Virus record (IMG/VR): IMGVR_UViG_3300021197_001928
Span: 1 to 64,000 of that record
Source of the DNA: a virus
DNA: 64,000 nucleotides
Reading direction: 5' to 3' (one strand)
Part shown: positions 16,712 to 24,334 of the stretch, piece after piece
Position numbering within the stretch: position 1 is the stretch's first letter
How the letters are laid out: every line of letters begins with the position of its first letter
Program-made: the position numbers and the translations under genes
Notes under the pieces: generated by a model
What the model was told of the DNA's origin: nothing
Databases searched by the model: none
What the model saw: the letters and a program-made list of their open reading frames with translations, nothing else

Positions 16712-17646
16712 ATTATCCTCCTTAGTTCGTCCATTAAAAAATAATCATCATGGTCAATGGCTTGCGCCATCTCCCTTCGAGTTTCCAAAACCCTTCGTGG
16801 CATTTCAGCGATGTCCTCAAATCCACTTACATCGATCTTGTAAAGTTCGATGTCATAGTATAACATATTTTTGATGATTTGTCCAGTCTTTTTCTCTGCA
16901 TCATGATCAAAAGCTAAGTAAACCGGCGTGTCATTCAGGGCAATCGCTTGAAATAATTTTGTTTTGTCTCGTAAAGTGGAGCCAAGCACAGGAATAGCGT
17001 TTTCCCCAGCCGCTATGGCATCAAAAACGCCTTCTACTAACGTGATCGGTTCATCCCAGTCTACAAACAGTTCGTTGAAAATAACGTCCTTCTTGGCCGG
17101 GGGATTGAGATAGCGCCATGAGTGACCCACATAGGATCTTGCAATAAAATAATTAATGTCTCCGTTGTTGTTAAACGAAGGTATAACAACTCTGCCTCCA
17201 TAATGACCTTCGGGACAATAGCCTATCTTCCACCTCAATATCTTTTCTTTGCTAATTCCTCTACTCTCCAAATATTCTAGTGGCTTCTGTGATGACCGTG
17301 GCAGGCGCTTATTGCAAAGCGAAATAAATTCTTCAGGGAGGTCAATTGTGATCTCCTCTTCAACATTGTTAATTTCATTAAAGATTTGATCAAACTCTGA
17401 TAGATCGAGTCTGCCTTCCAACTCAAGCCACTTCTGTCTTTGCTGGTATGTTCCGAACTTACGAACGATACGATAAGCATTCTTGCCTCTTTTGTCGCAA
17501 ACCCAGCAATGCCAGCCTTTCTTAAGGTTGATTGCTAGTTTCTTCTTGTGATGATTGCAATAAGGACAATGGTAGTATAGTTCACCGCCCGATGGGGTGT
17601 TTGGCCTCCCAAGCATCTCCGATAAAATTCTAACTTTCTCTTCCAT
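16708..17646 (-). CDS. DNA primase (Zn finger plus TOPRIM)
   Basis: Start reassigned to ATG 17646 (AGGAGG RBS); CPYC..H...HCWVC, YLESRGI, RVVIP, YLNP, LVEGVFDA, FDHD. Confidence 0.9.
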   Translation of the reverse strand: MEEKVRILSEMLGRPNTPSGGELYYHCPYCNHHKKKLAINLKKGWHCWVCDKRGKNAYRIVRKFGTYQQRQKWLELEGRLDLSEFDQIFNEINNVEEEITIDLPEEFISLCNKRLPRSSQKPLEYLESRGISKEKILRWKIGYCPEGHYGGRVVIPSFNNNGDINYFIARSYVGHSWRYLNPPAKKDVIFNELFVDWDEPITLVEGVFDAIAAGENAIPVLGSTLRDKTKLFQAIALNDTPVYLAFDHDAEKKTGQIIKNMLYYDIELYKIDVSGFEDIAEMPRRVLETRREMAQAIDHDDYFLMDELRRIM

Positions 17647-18070
17647 TGTTCCTCCTGTTTTCCAATATTTTATACAAGTTGTGGTAGCTCCATTTTCTAC
17701 CACTACGATTATTGTGGTCATTTTCATTTAAATACGCAACAATCTTCGTTAATTTTGCACCACCCTTAGTCATGCTATCAACAATTCCCAATACATTTTG
17801 CTCTTCTCTAGACTCTAATAATTCTGTTCTACATTTGGATATGACATATCCATACTTTGGGTTACCTTGTATCTGACCGGCGAGACGCTTTTTTCTTAAT
17901 CCATCAATTATTAATTTTTTTGAATTTGACGCATTGCCATCTCTTCCGTGCGCTTTCATATGACATGAATGACATAGTGCGACTGTCTTTGTGCCACCTC
18001 GACTTCTTGGAACAACATGGTGCTGGTGGAGGTCTTCTGTTGTCTCGCACTCAAAACATTTATCTTCCAT
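17630..18070 (-). CDS. HNH endonuclease fused to a recombinase-type DNA-binding segment
   Basis: CFEC...HHVVPRSRGG....LCHSCHMKAH; C-terminal GNPKYGY...EQ....I...LN......GRKW. Confidence 0.75.
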   Translation of the reverse strand: MEDKCFECETTEDLHQHHVVPRSRGGTKTVALCHSCHMKAHGRDGNASNSKKLIIDGLRKKRLAGQIQGNPKYGYVISKCRTELLESREEQNVLGIVDSMTKGGAKLTKIVAYLNENDHNNRSGRKWSYHNLYKILENRRNNGRES

Positions 18071-18246
18071 TATCCCCTCCTTTTAACTGGCTTGTCCTTG
18101 ATGAACTTTGGGTGGAACGGTTGGACTATCCCGTTAGCAAAGCCAACAATGTAATGTTTACCTTTTAGTCCCACTACTATTCCCATCTCTGGGTATCTCA
18201 TTTCGAGCATTGATTTGCTCATGTACGCTAAATCACCTATTTTCAT
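18070..18246 (-). CDS. SH3/KOW-like microprotein 7 (not in ORF track)
   Basis: 58 aa MKIGDLAYMSKSMLEMRYPEMGIVVG...; GGAGG RBS. Confidence 0.7.
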   Translation of the reverse strand: MKIGDLAYMSKSMLEMRYPEMGIVVGLKGKHYIVGFANGIVQPFHPKFIKDKPVKRRG

Positions 18247-18446
18247 ACTTCCTCCAAAAAAAACCTATTTAAAATTATTGTGTCGGTTCCGAATGCAACA
18301 TAATAATTGTCTCCATGTACTGATAAGATAACACCTGCTCTATTATCTGTCAACTTTTTAATTCTTTCATAATACTTTACTGCCGTTAAAGCTCCGGGGC
18401 AGTCGGTAGATGTCATTTTAAAATAAACCAAATCACCTATTTTCAC
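18243..18446 (-). CDS. SH3/KOW-like microprotein 6
   Basis: MKIGDLVYF...AGVIL....YYVAF......FLEEV. Confidence 0.75.
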   Translation of the reverse strand: MKIGDLVYFKMTSTDCPGALTAVKYYERIKKLTDNRAGVILSVHGDNYYVAFGTDTIILNRFFLEEV

Positions 18447-18612
18447 TTATTACCTCCAATTCATATTTATAAAAAGGCCACGCTGTTATATCTCCATTTA
18501 ACATTACAGATACCATGCCAGTGTCTCCACTCCAATGCATAGCAATCACTATACCATACCCATTATCTCTCATGGTTTTCTTTTTAATCTTTACTAAATC
18601 TCCTATTTTCAC
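18433..18612 (-). CDS. SH3/KOW-like microprotein 5 (not in ORF track)
   Basis: 59 aa, GTG start, MKIGDLVKIKK...YGIVI...VSVML...ELEVISENR. Confidence 0.75.
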   Translation of the reverse strand: MKIGDLVKIKKKTMRDNGYGIVIAMHWSGDTGMVSVMLNGDITAWPFYKYELEVISENR

Positions 18613-18628
18613 TTATTACCTCCAATTC
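18436..18628. repeat. 27-bp direct repeat at cassette junctions
   Basis: cctattttcacttattacctccaattc is identical at 18436-18462 and 18602-18628; aaatcacctattttca also occurs at 18230 and 18430. Confidence 0.85.
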
Positions 18629-18781
18629 GTCTGCGTGAAACCATGCCGCTTCGTTATCCTCCCAAGCAACTTTTAACAGCTTCCCGTCTGGTGTTTCCAT
18701 TATTTCAATTATGATTCCTATGTGTTCATCAAACTCATAAAACTGTCTCCTGTCGAGCCAGACTAAATCACCCACTTCCAT
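18584..18781 (-). CDS. SH3/KOW-like microprotein 4
   Basis: MEVGDLVW...IGIIIEI......LKVAW......ELEVISE. Confidence 0.75.
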   Translation of the reverse strand: MEVGDLVWLDRRQFYEFDEHIGIIIEIMETPDGKLLKVAWEDNEAAWFHADELEVISENRRFSKD

Positions 18782-18935
18782 TGATCACCTCTAGGTCCTC
18801 TGCGAAGAATGAATATGAGTGCCCACTAGCAATCCAATAAACCTCTGCCCATTTAAACCTGCCGTTTATTTCTAAAATGATGCCATAGTCTTGCCATGAC
18901 GTGTTCCTAACTTTTACTAAGTCTCCAACCTTCAC
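18768..18935 (-). CDS. SH3/KOW-like microprotein 3
   Basis: Start reassigned to GTG 18935: MKVGDLVKVR...YGIILEI.....AEVYW......DLEVIN. Confidence 0.75.
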   Translation of the reverse strand: MKVGDLVKVRNTSWQDYGIILEINGRFKWAEVYWIASGHSYSFFAEDLEVINGSG

Positions 18936-19135
18936 TTTACCACCTCCAACATAGTGACTTTGTATAATTCGTGCTCTCCATTGTCCCACAAGACCCAAAC
19001 ATATTCAATACACTGGTCAATGTTACGTGGGGAATGATATTCAATTCTTGAAGTTGTAACTCCGTATGTAACCTCTAATGAGTACTTGTTTCTAACCAGA
19101 GCACCTTCTTTAATAAAACTAACTGGTCTTTTCAC
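18932..19135 (-). CDS. SH3/KOW-like microprotein 2
   Basis: IKEGALVR...YGV....VWVLW......MLEVVK. Confidence 0.7.
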   Translation of the reverse strand: MKRPVSFIKEGALVRNKYSLEVTYGVTTSRIEYHSPRNIDQCIEYVWVLWDNGEHELYKVTMLEVVK

Positions 19136-19298
19136 GTATAACCTCCAAGTGGTTAACTGGTTCTAAATAGATGTGCTCTGACCCAAACCAGAGTACACCT
19201 ACAAGATATTCGCTGACCACCTCTATAATTATACCATATTCTTTGGAGAAATACAATGGCAAGTCTGGTTTCCACGTGACAAGATCACCTATGCACAT
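19119..19298 (-). CDS. SH3/KOW-like microprotein 1 (not in ORF track)
   Basis: 59 aa MCIGDLVTWK...YGIIIEV....VGVLWF......HLEVIRE; overlaps the uvsE stop. Confidence 0.7.
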   Translation of the reverse strand: MCIGDLVTWKPDLPLYFSKEYGIIIEVVSEYLVGVLWFGSEHIYLEPVNHLEVIREKTS

Positions 19299-20206
19299 AC
19301 AAAATCTTTCCTGTATTTGAGCAGGGCTTGTTCTTTCATCTTACACTCCAACACAACGTCAACAGGTTGTGCATAGTTCTCGAATGGAGTATAATACCAA
19401 TCTGAATGTGCACTGGCTCGTACCGAACTATCTTCATAGTTTTTCTTAGAGTTGGAGTGATGACACTGCTGCTTGACATTGACCGCATTCCATGTGTCAC
19501 GTGCAAGATAGAATGCATCATGATATGAAGAATCTTGTGGACCAAGCTCGTGATGATGCGAGTCAAACACAATTGGTATGCCAATGTGCTTGGACACGCC
19601 GTTGTAAAGCATCTTGGTGGAGAACATTGATGGTTTGTCGTCGTTCTCAACAGTTAGTCTGGCACGTGTTGTGGCGCCAAGTCTAGCAAAGTTTTTGCAG
19701 AATCTAGCCATGGCTTTGTCATGCTCGCCATACGCACCACCAACATGTATATTGATCTTGGCACGATGTGACACAGGAAGGCCCATGAGGTCCATCTGTA
19801 GGGCATGAGCATCAAGCTCGGCAATGGTTTTGTCAACAGTTGCTTTGTTTGGTGATGCAAGACAGTTGAATGGGCCGGGATGAAATGATAGACGCTGACC
19901 AGCATCCATAGCAATCTTGCCGGCAGCAGACATCGTATCTACAATGGCGTCGATGTCAGGCAAGTCGAAGATGTCATACTCGGACATCCAAGGGAACAGG
20001 TTTGAGGTCATGCGATATACTGAAATATCGTTGACGATATTCCACTCGATGATCTTCTTGAGTGCTGTAACGTTGATAAGAGCTAGCTCTGATGCGTATA
20101 CAATACCTTTTTGTTGAAATGTGCGCTTGATCATACCACGATTGGAACTGACCTTTTGCTTTTGTAATGCTGAGTTGATACATGCGTATCCTAAGTTTAT
20201 TGTCAT
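19289..20206 (-). CDS. uvsE: UV damage endonuclease UvsE
   Basis: Start ATG 20206 (GGAGG RBS); LGYACIN, YRMTSNLFPW, RLSFHPGPF..LAS, INIHVGG, LTVENDD, PIVFDSHHH, AHSD, LECKMKEQAL. Confidence 0.93.
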   Translation of the reverse strand: MTINLGYACINSALQKQKVSSNRGMIKRTFQQKGIVYASELALINVTALKKIIEWNIVNDISVYRMTSNLFPWMSEYDIFDLPDIDAIVDTMSAAGKIAMDAGQRLSFHPGPFNCLASPNKATVDKTIAELDAHALQMDLMGLPVSHRAKINIHVGGAYGEHDKAMARFCKNFARLGATTRARLTVENDDKPSMFSTKMLYNGVSKHIGIPIVFDSHHHELGPQDSSYHDAFYLARDTWNAVNVKQQCHHSNSKKNYEDSSVRASAHSDWYYTPFENYAQPVDVVLECKMKEQALLKYRKDFVCA

Positions 20207-20228
20207 ATTGACCTCCGATGTTAATATC

Positions 20229-20256
20229 AATATAACCTATTAGAAAAATTTGTCAA
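20229..20256 (-). promoter_or_regulatory. sigma70-type promoter upstream of uvsE
   Basis: Minus strand TTGACA-16 nt-TATATT, intergenic. Confidence 0.65.
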
Positions 20257-20257
20257 G

Positions 20258-21415
20258 TTATTTCATTGACTTTGAGCCACGACATTTCCACTTCTTTCTT
20301 GAAAGGGCGTTAGCGCAGGGAGGGTTCTTGCATTTTTTTATTTTTGCTGATCTTGCACAATAGGCATCGCCCTTCTTTGTTCCGGGACGAATTCTATCTC
20401 CGCCTCCTTTGGCTTGCCCTTTCTGCCCAAATGACCGACACTTACCGTCAACTCTTTTAGCGAAACGCTTTCCCTTTGATGGCTTACATGCTTTCTTTTT
20501 TCGTTGGCGCTTTGAGCCTTTCTTTTCTTCAAGTTCGTCTTCTTTAATAATATCGATTTCTCCCTTATCATCAAGGATATAATCTTTGTCTTTGTGTTGT
20601 CCCACGTCGGGCATAGCATCTAAAGTCTTTTTGATCTCATCTTCCATCCCCTTGCCAATGGCTTTTACAAATGGATCCATACCAGATGCCCCACCTTCGT
20701 CTTTTAAAACCTTTCGCAACGCAGCAGGATCAACATGTGTGTATCCTTTCTTGGCTAGTCCTTCATGATCTTCAACCTTATTAGCTTTAACCTTCTTGTT
20801 GCTTTTGGGGTCATACATCATGTGTGGCTTAAAATTACTTTCTTTTAACCGATTTATACGAACCTCAACAACTCTTTTTCGGGATTCATTTTGTTTTGGT
20901 TCTGTTTTACATGCAGAAGGAGTAGGCCTACAATACGGCTTTGGATCACTAGGCTTTTCTCTAGCACATTCTTTATATCCGCCGTCGCCATCTGGGCGAT
21001 TACAATTAACCCATCCGCCTTTGGAGCCTTTTTCACCCTTGCGTTTGAACCACTTGTCTAAACGACCAGCATCTTCACTACTTTGTTTACCTTCTTTCTT
21101 GGGTTCACCTTCTTTCCAATTAGCAGCACCAACTTTACGACACTGAACAAGGCGCCCTGAAGCATATGCTGAAGGCCATGTCCCGCCTTTTCTTTTTACT
21201 GCCCCTTTGATTTTTTTGTAGCATGCGTCTTTTTTAACTTTGTCGTCTTCGTTCAATCCTTCGTCTGCTTTGACGCAATTTCGATATGTTTTGCCATACA
21301 TTTCTTTGGTTTTACGAGTTGGGTGTGTCTTATATCCCTTTTCACAACGCTCATCAAGAATCACTTCAAGTTCCTCTTGAATAATTTGCTGTAGTTGTTC
21401 TATTGTAAAATTCAT
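20258..21415 (-). CDS. Basic, Cys-rich modular protein with shared N-terminal leader (MNFTIEQLQQIIQEEL)
   Basis: 385 aa string of short modules (C.KGY...NCVK; DACY..WPSAYASG.LVQCR; FKPHMMYDPK; SFGQKG...YCARS) separated by xxE sites. Confidence 0.7.
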   Translation of the reverse strand: MNFTIEQLQQIIQEELEVILDERCEKGYKTHPTRKTKEMYGKTYRNCVKADEGLNEDDKVKKDACYKKIKGAVKRKGGTWPSAYASGRLVQCRKVGAANWKEGEPKKEGKQSSEDAGRLDKWFKRKGEKGSKGGWVNCNRPDGDGGYKECAREKPSDPKPYCRPTPSACKTEPKQNESRKRVVEVRINRLKESNFKPHMMYDPKSNKKVKANKVEDHEGLAKKGYTHVDPAALRKVLKDEGGASGMDPFVKAIGKGMEDEIKKTLDAMPDVGQHKDKDYILDDKGEIDIIKEDELEEKKGSKRQRKKKACKPSKGKRFAKRVDGKCRSFGQKGQAKGGGDRIRPGTKKGDAYCARSAKIKKCKNPPCANALSRKKWKCRGSKSMK

Positions 21416-22569
21416 TTGTTTCTCCTCTTTGATGCTTTTTCTTGAATATTGGTTACGTCTGTTCCGTATTTGGTTGGCTTAGTGTGATCTTCACGAAACA
21501 AACCCACATCAACAATAACAATGTCTTTTGTTCCCGGCCTTACAAGGACATTTCTATCGTGCATATCATACGCATCGATGCCTACTTTATTTTTAACTTC
21601 TTCAATAGCTGCCAATAGACTCTTGGCACCGGGATAGCTAAGACCTTCAGTTTCTTTGGGGGCTCCGGGATAGTTTGGGCCACCCATACCAATTGGTGTG
21701 TAATTCCTATATGACTCAATAAAGTGCTCAACAGAAAACTCTAACTCGCTCAAAATATCATTTAGAGTAATTTTTTGTGGGTATTCTTGTAGCAACTTAA
21801 TCGAATAAGCTAAAAAGTAAAACAAAAAAGACATAGCAGCTACACCAGATTTTGCTAAATCTTCCTCAGCAACATCCATATAATCCCACAATGCAGGGCT
21901 CTTCTGTGACATTCTTGCTTTCAGTTTGTTAAACTTTTCTTGTGGGTAGATCATATTATCAAAGTTCATTGCTAAAACAACCTTCCGCAGTTCATCTCGA
22001 ACCTCATTAGGAAAACTATAGGCCATGTGATTAATAAGAATTAGCCTGCTCTTTGGCTCAACCACCATCATATTTGCTCTATAACCAATGTCCTTAAAGA
22101 CATCTAAATCTTGCAATGACACGTCAGGTCTAAACGCTCCAACTTCCCTATATCCAAACAGATCCTCAATGACTGCCTTTACATTGGGATCACTTTCTAG
22201 CAATTCCATAACAATGATTACATGTTTCCCATCCGAGGTCTTACGAATCATATCAACTCTAGGAAAGTGCTTGGCAATTAGTGGAGAATCTCTTCTGGCG
22301 TCAGAGATCATTCTGTAGATTCGTGCTTCTTTTTGTGCATGCACATCATTAGAAAGCACTTTTATAGCCCTTTCTAGGCCATCATAGCGCCAACTTCCCT
22401 TGAAAACACTCCCATATTGTCCCGAAGAAATAAATTCAACGTTTGTAAAGCCTATTTCATCAGTGGCCTTTATCATTTCATCGGGGTTCGGTGTTATTCT
22501 CGACTCATTAAATAATTTTTGCAGTTCTTCATTGATTATATGTTTTAACTGGTATTGTGTAAGATTCAT
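21412..22569 (-). CDS. Protein kinase-like protein with shared N-terminal leader
   Basis: Gly loop SGQYGSVF, AIKV lysine, helix-C Glu, VMELL, catalytic DMHDRNVLV, DVGLF (DFG-like); starts MNLTQYQLKHIINEEL (alternative GTG 22575). Confidence 0.8.
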   Translation of the reverse strand: MNLTQYQLKHIINEELQKLFNESRITPNPDEMIKATDEIGFTNVEFISSGQYGSVFKGSWRYDGLERAIKVLSNDVHAQKEARIYRMISDARRDSPLIAKHFPRVDMIRKTSDGKHVIIVMELLESDPNVKAVIEDLFGYREVGAFRPDVSLQDLDVFKDIGYRANMMVVEPKSRLILINHMAYSFPNEVRDELRKVVLAMNFDNMIYPQEKFNKLKARMSQKSPALWDYMDVAEEDLAKSGVAAMSFLFYFLAYSIKLLQEYPQKITLNDILSELEFSVEHFIESYRNYTPIGMGGPNYPGAPKETEGLSYPGAKSLLAAIEEVKNKVGIDAYDMHDRNVLVRPGTKDIVIVDVGLFREDHTKPTKYGTDVTNIQEKASKRRNK

Positions 22570-22594
22570 ACTCACAACTCCTATCAGTTACTAA

Positions 22595-23125
22595 TTAGCT
22601 CTTTCTTTGATTTAAACCCGCCCATGCAATCACAATGGCGTCTGCCCTGTCGTCTGTTCCGGGTTTTGGATTTCCATACCTTGTTAATTCATATTTAAAA
22701 TCATTCGGAAATGCTTTCTCAACATGTTCAATGACTCTGAGTTTCGTATTTTCTCCACGCTTAATTTTAAGATGGACAAGTCCTCTTGCTTTAGCTGGTG
22801 ATATTGCCAGAGCGTTATATCCGAACACCTTTCTAAGCATATAGCAGACCATGCCATTAAACCTTTGTAGTTTACTCATTGTAACGGCAGATGTTTTTCC
22901 TCCAGAAAATGCAATAAAGGCTGACTCAATATAAACATTTTTGATAAAATAATTATTTTTATTTATTTTATTAATATATTCCTCAATTTGGAAACATCTG
23001 TCTTCTAATTCATCTTTCGTATTTAATTTTAATAATACGGTCTCTAATAGATTAAACTCATAATCCATTATACATATACCTATTTTACTGGTACTAATAT
23101 CTAATCCTAAAACAACTTCTTTCAT
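22595..23125 (-). CDS. RuvC-like Holliday junction resolvase
   Basis: VLGLDISTSKIG, VYIE, DDRADAI acidic motifs of the RNase H/RuvC fold. Confidence 0.8.
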   Translation of the reverse strand: MKEVVLGLDISTSKIGICIMDYEFNLLETVLLKLNTKDELEDRCFQIEEYINKINKNNYFIKNVYIESAFIAFSGGKTSAVTMSKLQRFNGMVCYMLRKVFGYNALAISPAKARGLVHLKIKRGENTKLRVIEHVEKAFPNDFKYELTRYGNPKPGTDDRADAIVIAWAGLNQRKS

Positions 23126-23131
23126 AATACT

Positions 23132-23160
23132 ATTATAACACGTTTTGTTAACCTTGTCAA
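23132..23160 (-). promoter_or_regulatory. sigma70-type promoter (probably yields a leaderless transcript)
   Basis: TTGACA-17 nt-TATAAT with extended TG; only 6 nt (AGTATT) between the -10 box and ATG 23125; no SD. Confidence 0.85.
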
Positions 23161-23161
23161 G

Positions 23162-24319
23162 CTAAATATCTAATTTTAATTTAAAAGTATACGCAAGGTC
23201 CTCAGTTTTCCTTACCGGGGTTGCTACTTTTGCCACACCAATTAGGTTTCTATCTTTATCATAGATTCCAACCTTTGATATGTATGTAACCTTTTTAAAC
23301 TCTGGTGTTTCGTCTGTGAACTGCGAATATACAATGTTCTTTATCTCTTTGGGCTGCTCACTGTATTGGTAGGACCCGGTGTTAATTTGGTTGATGTCAG
23401 AAGACGTTACAAAGGTTGGATTGTTTGAGTGGTTTAGTTCTCCGTATGGAGCATGAGCCATCATTGTCACAACCTGCGTATGTGTCGTACCAGAATACTC
23501 CATCAAAAAACTAGCAGATAATGTCGTATTAGCAACAGAAGGAACAACGCCTAAACTGTTCTTGACTCCATATCCGAAGTGTAGCCACTTGGAACTGGTG
23601 GTGGCGTCATAAGCAATTGAATGAGAATCTAGAGCCCAGCTACCCGTCAAAACCACAAAGCCCTCATTGTATAGCACAACTCCTGCGACGGACCCAGAGC
23701 CTGTTGATCCTACCGGTCCTACTTGCACCAGTTCTCCGTTACGCCTATAATCGGATAACTCGCCTATTAAGCTACCAGTTATATAATATTTTAATGACAA
23801 TGAACCTTGCTTAATCGAAGATCCGTACATAATTGATGGTATTGATATTAAATTTACAGTTTGTGTGCTTTTGTCTCCGAAATCAGAAGTATATTGATAA
23901 TGCTGGGACAAGTATGAGTAATGATTGATTGTGTTTTTTAAAGAGTTTAGCCTTGTTCTTGAGACAGAATTAAAATAATCTCTGGATATGCTTGCAGATA
24001 ACCTGTATGATCCTGTTATGTTTTCCCCAGAAAAGCCAAACTGTGTGTTGAATTCCTTTTGTGTTTGAGTTCTAAAGCCCATTCTGTTTCCGCTTTTAAT
24101 GATAAACGGATATATGTAGGTATTAGCCCTGTCTATGTTATATTCATACAAAGATACATGGCCATCGGGCACATTTAAAATATTATCAGAATTTACACCA
24201 GTTATATTTTGGATGTTATCCAGATACACTGAGCCACTCTGAATATATACCGAATACTTTGGATACATTTCCAAAGTATTAATAAATAAATCATCATCGG
24301 TAAATTTATAAAATGTCAT
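23162..24319 (-). CDS. Virion structural protein (baseplate/tail; paralog of 24335..25456)
   Basis: G.V.Y.EG..V, N.SNNPT, YI.KVGIYD....LIGVAK...P.RK C-terminus. Confidence 0.65.
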   Translation of the reverse strand: MTFYKFTDDDLFINTLEMYPKYSVYIQSGSVYLDNIQNITGVNSDNILNVPDGHVSLYEYNIDRANTYIYPFIIKSGNRMGFRTQTQKEFNTQFGFSGENITGSYRLSASISRDYFNSVSRTRLNSLKNTINHYSYLSQHYQYTSDFGDKSTQTVNLISIPSIMYGSSIKQGSLSLKYYITGSLIGELSDYRRNGELVQVGPVGSTGSGSVAGVVLYNEGFVVLTGSWALDSHSIAYDATTSSKWLHFGYGVKNSLGVVPSVANTTLSASFLMEYSGTTHTQVVTMMAHAPYGELNHSNNPTFVTSSDINQINTGSYQYSEQPKEIKNIVYSQFTDETPEFKKVTYISKVGIYDKDRNLIGVAKVATPVRKTEDLAYTFKLKLDI

Positions 24320-24334
24320 TCTAAACCTCCCTTA

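Noticed and set aside
18230-18628. Junction repeats as a CRISPR array or integron attC sites
   Set aside because: Only two exact copies, separated by whole ORFs; no palindromic attC structure or integrase seen. Reported as a cassette array instead.
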